A DNA stretch of 64,000 nucleotides from the human T2T-CHM13v2.0 reference genome, Homo sapiens: assembly GCF_009914755.1 (NCBI RefSeq), contig NC_060944.1. One strand, given 5' to 3'. This document shows positions 40,169-54,565 of this stretch, in pieces. Made by a program: the position numbers and the translations under genes. Within the stretch, counting starts at the first letter, position 1; the number at the start of each line of letters is the position of its first letter. The notes beneath the pieces are model-generated. The model was given only the letters and a program-made list of their open reading frames with translations, was not told the DNA's origin and did not search any database.

Positions 40169-42948
40169 TACAGAAGGATATATTGTCCCTCTTGCTTCCA
40201 GGAAAAAGTACATTTGTTACTCAGCTCTTAAGGTCAGCACGAACCTAGATAATTAATATGGAAATTCAGTAGGTGCCTCAGAGCTTAGGTCCTGTGAGGA
40301 ATTAGTAAAGAACAACAATGGTGCCCTGCTTTGGGTTTAGAATCTATAAAGAAAAGCCTTTTAAGTAACCTCCTGGAGGCCTGAGGTATTTGCTGAAAAT
40401 TTTCCAGATGCAGTTTTGTCTTGTTGAATTAAAAGATCTTGAGGCAGGCATGGGGCTTCTCTGGTGGTAGCTATTGGATATATGTCACACCAGAGAAAAT
40501 CATCCCAGATGATGGGATTGCTGGTTTTAATTATAGATATAGTATACATAAGAATTTGTACTAAGTGCCTTCATTCAAAGGTATGCCAAATGTGGGCTAT
40601 TTGTATGCCTAGCACATTCACCTTCTTCGCAGCTATGCATGAAAAATTCAGTCTCTTATGAGGGCACCAGGGCATCCTCAGTTACCATGTGCTGACTCAG
40701 CAAATGTCCTTAGCAGGTACTCTGGTAAAAGCCCTGAGAAAAGAGGAGACAACAAATATTGGTTTTTAATCATTTCTTCTGGGACATGGAAGAGGAAGGA
40801 GGGGCTCTATAGCTGAAAAGGCATTTGTTTCCTGAGCCAAGGGTTGGTGAGTGTATCTAATTTTGAAAATATAAGCAATTTCTGTGCATAACAGAGGAGA
40901 AACCAGTTTTGGGGGTGATGGGAAGAGGGATTTCCTGGGCAAAGAATTGCCAGCAAATAAGACTGTGGAAAACTGTGCGCACCCGGGTTGCATGTTGCAA
41001 CCTGGTTGCAAGTAAGGACATAATTATTTTCTTTTCATATAGCACTGGCTGGTTCAGAGATCTCAAGTGGCTGCCCAATATTTCTCTAGGTAAACTCTAT
41101 CCATGTAATACAAATTTCTGGCCAGTATCGGAGAAACAAACAAAAATGTTTTTCTTTTGTTAAATATGTGAGTGAAGAACACCATACTAAAATTAATTAC
41201 CTCCATACCTTTTGTAAAAATTCACTGAGAAAGTGATTTCATTGAAAAGTTTCTAGCAAGTGTGATGCCTCCGACATTGTTTTTCTTTCTCGAGATCTCA
41301 GAATTGTTTCAGCTATTTAGTTTTTTGTGTGTGGTTTGGGTTTTAGAATTTTTATAGCTTTTTTAATTAAAATTGTTTTCTATTGTTGTGAAAAATGCCG
41401 TTGAAATTTGATAGGGATTATAAATCTATGTATCACTTTGGGTAATATGAACACTTCAACAATAGCAATTCCTTCAGTCTATGAACATGGGATATCTTTC
41501 CATTTATTTGTGTCTTCTTCAATTTCTTTCATCAATGTTTTATAGTTTTCAGTGTAAAGATTCCTTCACTTGCTTGGTTACATTTTTTTTTGTAAATATT
41601 TTATCCTTTTTGATGCTATCATATATGGGATTGGTTTCTTGATTTCTTTTTCAGAAAGATCATTCATTGATGTGAAGAAATGTGAATGATTTTTGTATTT
41701 GTTTTTGTATCCTGCTAATTTACTGAATTCATTATTCGTTCAAACAGGTGTGTGTGTGTGTAGTATTTAGGGTTTTCTGCATACAGGATCATGTCATCTA
41801 AAAACAGGAATAATTTTACTTCATTTTTTAAAAATTCAGATGCTATTTGTCTCCTTTCCTTGTCTATTTGCTCTTGCTAGTACCTCCGGTGCTTTGTTGA
41901 ATAGAAGTGACCAGAGTGGACATCCTTGCCTTTTATTAGATCTTAGAGGAAAAGCCTTCACTTTGCCCAACTTATTACAAGGTTAGCTGTGGGATTTTAA
42001 TAAATGGCCTTTACTATGTTGAGAAAATTTTCTTCTATGCCTATTTTGTTGAGAATTTTTTATCATGAAATAATAAACTTCGTCAAATGCTTTTTCTGTA
42101 TCCATTGAAATGATCATGTAGTTCTTAATCTTTCATTCTGTTAATGTGGTATATAGCATTGATTGGTATATGTTAACCCAACCTTGCATCTTAGGGATGG
42201 ATAAATGCCACTTGATCATTGGTGTACTCTTTTTGATGTATTGTTGAATTCAATTTGCTACTATTTTATTGAGGATTTTTGCATCAATGTTCATCAGAGA
42301 CATTGGCCTATGATTTTCTTTTCCTGTGATATCTGTGGCTTTGGTATCAGAATGAGGTTGGCCTCAGAAAATGAGTTTGGAAGTATTACCTCTACTTCTG
42401 TTTTTTGGAATTGTTTAGGAGTATTGATGTTAATTATCTGAATTTCGTAAATTCAGCCATGAAACAATCTAGTCCTAGGTTTTTCTTTGTTGGGTGATAG
42501 TTGATTATTACTTCAGTCTCTTTATTTTTTATTGATTTGTCAGTCTTTCTATTTCATCTGGATTCAGTCTTGGTTGATTGTTTTTTGGAATTTATTCATT
42601 TTCTCTTGTTTATCCAATTTGTTGGTGTATAATTGTTCATTATAATCCCTTATAATCTTTTTTATTTCTGAGGCATTCATTGTAATAGTTTTTCTGTTTG
42701 TATTTGATTTATTTCTGCTCTAATCTGTATAATTATTTCCTTCCTTCTGTTAACAGTGAGCTTAGTTTGTTCTTCATTTTCTAGTTCCTTGATGTGTAAA
42801 GTTATGTCGTCTATTTGAAATCTTTCTTCTTTTTAAATGTGTTTATCTCTAGAAAATTCCTTGTTATGACTGCTTTTGTGGCATCCTGTAGGTTTTGATG
42901 AGTTGTGTTTTCATTTGCATTGTCTAAAAATATTTTAAAATTCATTCC

Positions 42949-43243
42949 TTTTTTTTTTTTTGAGACGGAGTCTCGCTCTGTCGCCCAAGCTGAAGTGCAG
43001 TAGTGCAATCTTGGCTCACTGCAACCTCTGCCTGCTGAGTTCAAGCAGTTCTCCTGCCTTAGCCTCCTGAGTAGCTGGGACTACAGGTGCGTGACACCAT
43101 GCCTGGCTAATTTTTTGTATTTTTAGTAGAGACTGAGGTTTCAGCATGTTGGCCAGGTTGGTCTCGAACTCCTGACCTTGTGATCCACCAGCCTCGACCT
43201 CCCAAAGTGCTGGGATTATAGGCATTAGCCACCGTGCCTGGCC
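42949..43243 (-). mobile_element. AluS (Sg/Sc-like)
   Basis: Antisense dimeric Alu with poly-T. Confidence 0.95.
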
Positions 43244-43533
43244 TTTTTTTTTTTTTTAGACAGTCTCATGCTGTTGCCCAGGCTGGAGTGCAGTGGCGTG
43301 ATCTCAGCTCACTGCAACCTCCCCCTCCCAGGCTCAAGCAATTCTCCAACTCACCCTCCCTAGTACCTGAGATTACAGGCATTCACCACCATGCCTGGCT
43401 AATTTTTTTTTTTTTTTTTTGTATTTTTGGTAGAGATGGGCCAGGCTAGTCTCAAACTCCTGACCTCAAGTGATCTGCCTGCTTCAGCCTCCCAAAGTGC
43501 TGGGATTACATGCATGAGCCACTGCACTCAGCC
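43244..43533 (-). mobile_element. Second Alu directly in tandem
   Basis: Poly-T abuts the 5' ggcc of the previous Alu; extended T linker; small internal deletion. Confidence 0.93.
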
Positions 43534-43681
43534 TAAAATTTCTTTTGACTCAGTGGTTGTTCAAGCTTGTGTTTGTATAGACATATTTGTAAACTTTTCC
43601 ATTTTTATGCTGGTATTGATTTCTAGTTTCATTCCACTGTGGTCAGAAAAGATATTTCGTATTATTTCAAACTTTTTCATT

Positions 43682-45660
<1,979 letters not shown>

Positions 45661-47737
45661 AAGTTTCCAGTAAATACTCCCAAGCTTCCAGTGCATTGCT
45701 GGATTTTGCCGGATTTAGGGACCACCACTTGGTCTTACTTCATCCATTTTGAGTATATAAATTCTGAGAAAAAGCACACAGTTATTTTTATAGACAATTA
45801 TTCCCACTGCCTCTGATTGGTCCATTCCCCACTTTTTGATTGTCTTGTCCTGTTCAACACTAACAATCAACATTAACATTCCCCCCCCCGCACCTGGTTC
45901 TCTGGGCTGCTGATGGGCATTCATTGAGAAATGCTTTGGACAAGGCTGTATGTTACTGCTGTAAAAGAGGTAAGCAGTGCATGAACTTAGAGACTTTTTC
46001 TGGGCCCAATCTGAATAAGTGTCCCCACACAGGTAAAACAACTACATGATGCTTATCTCAATATGTATTCAACCAAAAATCTCAGAGGGCTGTCTGTCCC
46101 ATCCCCACTTTAGCTAGCATAACATGAAGATTTCTCAAAACAAAAGATGTGAGCTGAATAATTTTAACCCCATATGTCTGTTAAAGGAGGGTGATTATTT
46201 TGGTCTTCCCATGTAAGATAATACTAATTATTTAATACAAAGCTGTACTATACTTCATCAACTTTTCAGTATAGCTCAGCACCAAGGCTTTCTTTTCAGC
46301 ATAGGTTAGCGTTAAGTACCTACTAATGAATTACATTTGCAAAATGTATGAAAGAAGAGCTCCACTACTAGTACTGTGGACTTGGCAGGACTCCTCCAAA
46401 TGGTTAATCATGCACTACTTTATAGACTCAGCCTTCCATTATGCCTGATTAAATGGTGTTCAGTTTATCCCTCACCTGCTGAGGGAACATAGTCTTGATT
46501 AGCTTAGATATTCAGCCAGGCAGTAATTTTTAGACCCAGTATGGGTCTAAGAAAAGCTACATTGTCTGTACAGGAAATGACCCCAGCTTAGAAGCATTTT
46601 ATCACAAAGTGTGTATGGATGTTTGAAAAATCCCTCATTAATGTAATCCTCCATCTCCTTCCTCTTTCTTTTCCCTTAAACACCTCTTCTCTACCTCGAA
46701 TTGGAAAGGAACTTTTAGCTGGTGAATGCCTTCCACAATCTGAAGTAATTTACCATTGCTAGATGATGTCAGTGGGCTGATAAGCTGGCTGTTATTAGTA
46801 CTATGCTGATAGTAGGCTCTATCTATGCTTTTTTTGGGATTGTTGATAACTTTGGATATGAACAGAGAGTGAGTGAAGTCCTTTATGTTGTTTTTTTTTT
46901 TTAATCCCGAAAGTACTCTTTTTTTTTTTCTGGTGTTATCTAATCCACAATTCTAATCAAAGCTTCTATTCATTTGTTTATTCATCTGAGGTATTTTAGA
47001 ACTCCTAATATGTATCAGGTACTATAATAAGAGTTCACTGGTGGAAAAAACTTACAGAAACACAAGTAAATTAGAGTGATGCATGCTATTATCAAGGATA
47101 GGAGGATCATAGAAGTCCTACTTGGCTCTCCATGTAATCTTTGTCTTTCTGGTGTGATAGTTTTGGTAGTTATACTTATTAATACATAATTTCTACCACT
47201 TAAATAATTCTCCATGTATCTTCTATAAACTCCTTTCAGATGGCTAAGTATATCTCCCCTTGAGGATGACTCTCTAGCCTACATTAAGTTCTCACTCTTC
47301 CGAATTATAACCCTATTTGGCCATAATGTACTCTTACAGCAACTTGCCTTATCATCTTTGTTGAAGTTTAAATTTTGTCACATTTGTAAAAAAATATCTA
47401 ATAGTTTTGCATCTGTCTCCCCAGTTAAACTACAAGTTCCTTCAGGGCTAAGACTTGTCTTGTGCTTCTCGAATTGTACATGGGAGGGGCACTGTTCTAG
47501 ATTTCAAGGAGTCTGAATTCTAGCTTCAATTCTACAACAAACTGGCTTTGTGACTACAAGCCAGACATTTAGTCCCCGGGGTTGTTTAATATTCTAGTAT
47601 ACAAATGTGATGTTTGGATTTTCATGTCTCTTTAAGTTCTAAAGTCCAGACAGTATAGCCCAGGGCTCTTAGCTCAGTGTCTAGAGCAGTGCCTTAAATG
47701 TCACAGCACTCAATTTACATCTAAAAGTCTTTTGAAT

Positions 47738-47880
47738 ACAGATGGTCTCTGACTTATAATGGCTTGACTTATAATTTTTTGACTTTATGATGGTTTTATG
47801 GGGCATTAAATACATTTTCAATTTATGATATTTTTGACTTACAATGGGCTCATTGGGACATAACCCCATCCTAAGTCAAG
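47738..47880. mobile_element. Short MER47-like Tigger MITE
   Basis: ta|cagatggtctctgacttataatgg...gggacataaccccatcctaagtcaag is related in antisense to the element at 8426. Confidence 0.7.
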
Positions 47881-48019
47881 TATTGTTAATTATTGTTGGG
47901 TGCACTCAAATGTGGTCAACTTCGAATAGCTCACCATTTTTCAAAAGAAATCCTAAAATGCTGTGAATGGACTTCATACTAAGTCTTTATTGACAAGAAC
48001 CAATGGTTCTCCTCATGAT

Positions 48020-48170
48020 AGTGAGCATAACTGTGGAATCAAATTCCAGTCCTGTTCCTAGCTAGCTGTGTGACCTTGGAAAAATTATTTATTGCCTCTG
48101 ACCCTCAGTTGCTTTATGTATATTAAAAATAAAATTAAGAATAATGCTTGCATCAGTGTCGTTAGGAAGC
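48020..48170 (+). mobile_element. MIR fragment
   Basis: ctagctgtgtgaccttggaaaaattattt...ctctgaccctcagtt. Confidence 0.7.
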
Positions 48171-51100
48171 AAGGACAAATCTTAGTTGCTGCCTTGAGCT
48201 GATATAGAAATGAAAGTTAGATATATGTTTTATAAATTACTTGAGTTTTAAACTTTTTGTCTTTTAACTTGAAGCTTGAAATAATTTATCCAAGGATTTT
48301 AAGAAACTGTGGCAAAGGTTTTAGAGTAAATTCTGAACTTTCCAGATGGGAGTATTTCAAGGCCACAGAGTTTTATTAAGGCATGATGGCTGCCTTGGCT
48401 TTCTTTGGGTGGGCTTGTTGGTCTTTAGTAGCATCATTACTTTGTAGAGTAGATTGATAAATGGAAAAGCAGTGAAGTCTAATCAGCTAGGATTACGCCT
48501 AGCAGAAACCTTTCATGGTAAGCTGATGGGCAAAAACACTGAAAATAATAGCCATGCACCCACTCACACAAGAACTGAAATATCTGGGAACGTAATGCTA
48601 GTGCATTTGTGCTCCGTTCCCCTAACAGCACAATTAGTGAATTGGAATCAGATTTCATTGCCTGGCATTCTCCTGAGATCTTTTACTTTCTATCCTTCTA
48701 TGGCCCCATTCCCAAGCATCATAATCAGAAAGGCCAATTTACCTGAAATGAATATGTAACTTGTTTCGAAATGAAATGCAGTTGGTTATTGGATTGTCAG
48801 TCTCTTCCATTTGTGTGGCTGCAATTTTCACTATTTTAAGGGTCTGCTATTGAAACAGCTTCTGTCCATTCACGTTAGAATGCAAGGTTCACATTTAATA
48901 GTCTTAAGGGAGAGCGCCTGGCGCTTACTGAATTACCCAGTAGAACCATTCTGGGTACTTGGTGTCCTGGAGTCACCAAACTGCCTTCTTGGAAAACAGC
49001 CAACCATACCCCAAATAATAGAGGAGCCAGATTCCAGGGCTAATAGTAATAAATGTTTAAAAGAATGAAACACATTATATTTAAGGGGAAAACTACCCTT
49101 TGGGTTTTTTCCCTGGAAACTTTAGAAGTAATGACTAAATTGAAGCAACAATCTTACAAACAAACAAGTACACCTCTGGAGATGTCATTTTAATCACAGC
49201 ATACTGAAGAGAGCCTGTAGACATTAGCCAAACACATTATTTCTTCTTATTATAGCAGGCTCGTTTCTCCCATTTAATAGCAGTAGCTCACACATAGCTC
49301 TAAAACCTGGAGTTTGTTTTATTGAGGAATGTTTGGACCTAAACAGTTGCTTCATTATTTTCTTAAATTCCCAGCAGGTGATCTTCAAAAGACACGCGAA
49401 CTCGATTAAAATCAAATAGCAGGCAAAGCTAAAACATTCATATTCCCCTGTAAGTATCTTCTGGTCTTTCTTCAGTCTCTGGCTGTTCATTTATTGCAGC
49501 TTCCCTATGATTTTTCCCTTTGTCTTACACATTCTGGCTGGCTTCATTTCTAAGCTTTCTTAATTCAATCCACCAAATATCTGGCATACTAACATTTCAG
49601 GTGACAGAGGAAGCCAAATATAAGCTGGTTATAGAATTCAAGATTCTCAAGATTCTTCCTCCTACCTCTATCTGTGCTGTGAAAAGAAGAATTAGCCCGT
49701 AAATCCCAGACATACTGATACTTGGATAGTTAGCCCATGAAGAATGTCATTTACTCAGCCTCTTGTATGATCCTTCTTTGGGGATAACTTTTATAATGCT
49801 ATGGAAAGGCTCTGGCTATACTTGTTACAGTCCTCACACATCCATCAAGAGATGAGAGGTAGAGTGAGGGGAACATGCGCAGAAAGGAGGAGACATCGCT
49901 GGGAATTACAGATATTTCCAACACGATCAATTAATCAGATGGCTTTTTCAGATAATTGCTCACAAATCTTTATACTACGAGGAAGGATTTCTGGGCTCCA
50001 TTCATATCACTGTGAGTGGCAGTTGGAAAAGGAGCATCCAGAGCTAACTGAATTTAGCTAGAAGACAGATCTTACTGGTATTATGGAGGGACTTAACTCC
50101 TTGGAAGAATCTTAACAATGTCTTAGGGTTTGTTAATTTAATTTTAGTTGACTTAATTTTCTACTAAGAGTATAGTGTTCTGTTTTCAGCAATAGTAAGA
50201 AAGAATGTCTTGTGGAAGCAATTTCATGGTTGCCTTTCATGTAAATTTTAGAAGCCTAAAAGCACAGGCGATCAATCTCTAGTCTACTTGGTATCCCATC
50301 ATAAAGCTGCTCTCCAAACATTAGTTGCTTCTTGGTCTCCTGACTGAACTCTTGGCATTATCAATAAAGTAATATTTTTAAATTACTTATTTTTGTGACC
50401 TATAGTATCTCTTGGGATAATAAACTTGATATGCTTATTAACCAAGGAGAATTTTTCTCTATTACTCCTAGATTTAACTTTTTAAAATGTCGATGGTAAA
50501 GTCTGTATTCTTGTTAGCCACACACTTTAAGATTTTAGACTCTTTGCTATATTCTTTTATTCTTTTACTTTGTCTTTTCAAACCGAAGAGTTCTGTTTCT
50601 TAGTCTGTTCTCATAAAGAAGCCCCTTGTTCAGTTTAATAGCTCTTCTCTGGTTGTCTCCATTCCAGTTCTTGGTTTTCTTGAGCTATAATGACCAAATG
50701 ATACACATGGCTCCAGGTGTGGGTAAACCATGTTTCCATAGAGGGGGTGGATAAAGTTTTCTGCTTCGTTTCCAATAGTCTTTTTCATGCTGTTTAGGAT
50801 TCTGTAGCCTTCTCAGCCACAAGAGCACATTGTGCTTATTTCTTCAAGTCTGCAGTATGACTCTTTTCTGAGTCATAATTGTTCAGATTATTTTGAGAGT
50901 AAGGTACACTACTATCCTTTGTTTATCTAACTTCTGTTGCTACTGAAACATTTGGTAATAACCAGGGATCTTTGAAATAGTGTAGGAAAACCTCAATCTA
51001 TTGATCCCAGATTTATTTTCTCCTGGACAATGTTCTTATTTTAATTGAATCATTTTTTCCATTACAAGAATTTGGTTTTCTAAAGGAGTGAGGTTTCATG

Positions 51101-51669
51101 GTGGGAAACACTTTATAGATGGCGTAGATATCATATTTTTTTCAAAGTTAGTATACTGAGTGTACTTTTACCACATCAGTATTTTGTTCTTCATAACATT
51201 ATATGTATAATGTCTCCATTAAACATGTAATATATAAACACTGTGCGTTCAGTGTTCCAGTGAAGAGGACAGAAACGGAAAGCAGAAAACATGAGGTTTG
51301 ATTCAGATGGAGTCTGATCAGGGCAATTTAAGCTCTCTCTGTCTCAAAACCTCAGCATTACCATTCATAAGTCAAAGATGGTAACCCTTGGACTGACATT
51401 GTAAAATTAATAGCATGATCCTTCTGGGGGTATTTGGAGATTTTTGAGAATAAGGGACTATTTAGGTTTAATTGATGATAGTATTAAAACAATGAGTCGA
51501 AAAAAGTTTACATATTACTTATGGCAGTATCACATACTGATTAACAGAAAGACTCCCTGGACTCAGACTTAAGTAAGAATCTGAGCTCACCTCATATTGC
51601 CTCAGTGACTTTGGGGGAGTTTGTTGAACTTTCTCTCAACCCCAAGTTTACTGGGGGAAGAATGACAAC

Positions 51670-52480
51670 GAAAAATTGTATATATGTAAGGTGTACAATG
51701 TTATGTTTCGATGTATTCACACATTGTAAAATGTGTCTAGTCCCAAGTAGAGGAACCCACACCAGATTAATGGTAAAGTCTGTAGTAATGTAGAACCTTA
51801 CTAAAGTCAAAGACAAAGAGAAAATTCTACAACAGCAGGAGGAAAGTGTGTAAAATGATTATCACAATCAAGCTAACATATCCATCGGCTCACTTAGTTA
51901 CTATTTTCTTTTTTGTGGTAAGAACACTTGAGATCTACTCTCTCAGCAAATTTCAGGCATATGATATATTTGTTATTAACTACAGTCACCATTCTGTAGA
52001 TTGGGTCTCCAGAAATCCAGAACTTATTCATGTTATAACTGAAGGTTTGTACCCTTTGACTAACATCTCCCTTTTCTCCCCATCCCCAATCTCCTGCTAA
52101 ACACTGTTCTACTCTCTGTTACTTTGAGTTTGATTTTTTTAAAGGTTCTACCATTAGTGAGGTCATGCAATATTTGTCTTTCTGTGTCTGGATTATTTCA
52201 CTTAGCATGATGTCCTCCAATTTTACCTATGTTGTTGCAAATGACAGTATTTCCTTTTCTTAAAAGGCTGCATAGTATTCCATTGTGTATATATATATCA
52301 CATTTTCTTTACCCATTCTTCTGTATTCAGATACTTTATTTCCATATTTTGGCTACTATGAATAATGCTGCAACAAACGTGAGCATGCAGATATCTCTTT
52401 GAGATAGTGATTTTATTTCCTTCAGATATATATACCCAGAAGTGGGATTGTTGGCTAATATGGTAGTTCTATTTTACTTT
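51670..52480 (-). mobile_element. L1MA 3' end carrying a templated insertion at 51733-51849
   Basis: aaaattgtatatatgtaaggtgtacaa...gtggtaagaacacttgagatctactctctcagcaaatttca...atacccagaagtgggattg. Confidence 0.88.
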
Positions 52481-52489
52481 TTAAAATTG

Positions 52490-53298
52490 TGTTTATTTAT
52501 TTTTGATTGACAAAAATTGTATATATTTATGGTGGACAACATAACGTTTTGATATATGTATACATTGTGGTATCACTAAATCAAGCCAATTAATATATAC
52601 ATTACTTCACATATCATTTTTATGCATTGAGAACACAAAAATCCCTCTTAGCAATTTTCAAATATACAATATATTATTATTAACTATAATCATCAGGATA
52701 TACAATAGACCTCTGGAACTTACTCATTCTAACTGATATTACCAATATCTCCCCAATGCCCCCATCCTCTAGCCCCTGGTAATCACCAGTCATTCTGTTC
52801 TCTGACTCTATGATATCAACTTTTCTTAGATTCCACCTATAAGTGAGAATCATGCAGTATTTATCTTTCTGTGCCTGGATTACATTATTTCACATAACAT
52901 CCCCCAGGTCTATCTGTGTCACAAATGACAGGGATTTTTTTTTCTTTTTTAAGGCTGAATAGTATTCTATTGTGTATAAATACCACATTTTCATTATCCT
53001 TTCAACCACTGATGAACACTTAGGTTGATTTCATACCTTGGCTATTATGAAAAATGCTGCAATGAACATGAGAGTGTGAGTATCTCTTCAACATACTAAT
53101 TTCATGTTTTTGGATACATATCCAATGGTGGGATTGCTGGGTCATACCATAGTTCTATTTTTAATATTTTGAGGAACTTCCATACTGTATTACATAATAT
53201 CATACCAATTTACAAATTCACCAACAGTATACTAGAGTTCCCATGTTCCACATCCTTGCCAACACTTTTTATCTTTTGTCTTTTAAATACTAGCAATC
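52490..53298 (-). mobile_element. Second L1MA 3' end, adjacent to or nested in the first
   Basis: New antisense tail tttatttatttttgattgacaaaaattgtatatattt, then agattccacctataagtgag and gaggaacttccatactg. Confidence 0.85.
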
Positions 53299-53629
53299 TG
53301 TAAAAACCACTTAGCATAATATTTAGAATACAATAAGCCCTAAATATACTAGCTACAATAATAATTTCTACTACTACTATTATTATTAATTTGGGACCTC
53401 AGGATTTTTCATTATAACTAAATTTGAAATTTATCCACTATGGTAGAATATATTGGGTAAATGAATTAAAGTTTAAAAGCTTATAGACTAATGAAAAATG
53501 TTTTCCAATTACTATTTTATATGTCAAAGTAAAATTATAATTAAACTTGGTATGTAAAAAATAAACACATAAAACATTACAATATAATAAGGGCTACTTC
53601 AGAGGTTGCATAAAGGGCTGGAGAATCCA

Positions 53630-54108
53630 GTGACTATTGTGGATACCTGTGATTTATGAGAACTACTTTTTGTAATATCACCCACTTTTTCCTCTGTGGA
53701 ACTCCCTTAGGTGATCTTGACTCCACCTTTGACTCCAAAGCTGGATACTTGTTTCTGGCCTGGCCAATCACAGCATTGTATCCTGCTCACAGAGTGACTG
53801 GTTCAAAGACTGATACAGGACTGTGAAAATCAGGCATAGGACTTGGTTTAAACGTCTGGGAGAGATGCTTCTTCCTCTTTCCTGAACTCAAAATTGTGAT
53901 GATGGAATCCCAGAATGATTGGTCTTTATATTGCTGTAGTGAAAGAAGTTCCTGTTTGTCAATGGGACCAGCACAGAGGGCCACAGAGCAGAGAGATTGA
54001 GACTAGGTCCTAATAATCCTGACATTTCCAGTTACTAATACCTTTATGCTTAAGCTAATATGAGTTGGGTTTTTATTACTTGCAGTCAAGAAAGTCTTGG
54101 CATATACA
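53630..54108 (+). mobile_element. MLT1 LTR
   Basis: ctggcctggccaatcacagcatt and tgcttaagctaatatgagttgggtttttattacttgcag. Confidence 0.7.
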
Positions 54109-54344
54109 AATAATGAATTAGACTTGGACAACAAGAAAGGTTCTATAAGAATTGATTCTAATATCATAGAATGAGGTGGAATAGAAAAAATTCAAAAATG
54201 GGCAAACTTTTAAGATAAAGGGGAGTAAGAAGGCCGAGACACAAATATATGAAATGGCATGTTTGAAAAATACGGTATCAGTATGGCCAAATCTTATAAA
54301 TCTCTGATGGTAATGTTTTGACCAGCCAGTTTTCTTCTATCTGT

Positions 54345-54560
54345 GGGCAGTATGGTATGGTTTAGAGAAAATGAGCTTGGGAGAAATTTAAATCCAAGAT
54401 AAATAAATTATTAAGTGTATGCCTTTAGGAAATTACCTAACCTTATTGAAACTCACTTTCCCATTCTTTGCTATGAGTATAAAAACACCCACTTTTCATG
54501 GTTGTTTGAAAGACTAAGTTAAAATTATGTATGGAAAGTTCCTAAAACAGTTCCTGCCTG
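54345..54560 (+). mobile_element. MIR
   Basis: ggcagtatggtatggtttagag...ttaggaaattacctaacct...ctcactttccc. Confidence 0.6.
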
Positions 54561-54565
54561 TCATG

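Larger units (their letters stand above)
41260..43675 (-). mobile_element. L1MA ORF2, inverted 5' segment of a twin-primed insertion (contains two Alus)
   Basis: Antisense ORF2 motifs ttgttgaatagaagtg...gacatccttg, tttattgaggatttttgcatc and ccactgtggtcagaaaagata. Confidence 0.88.
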
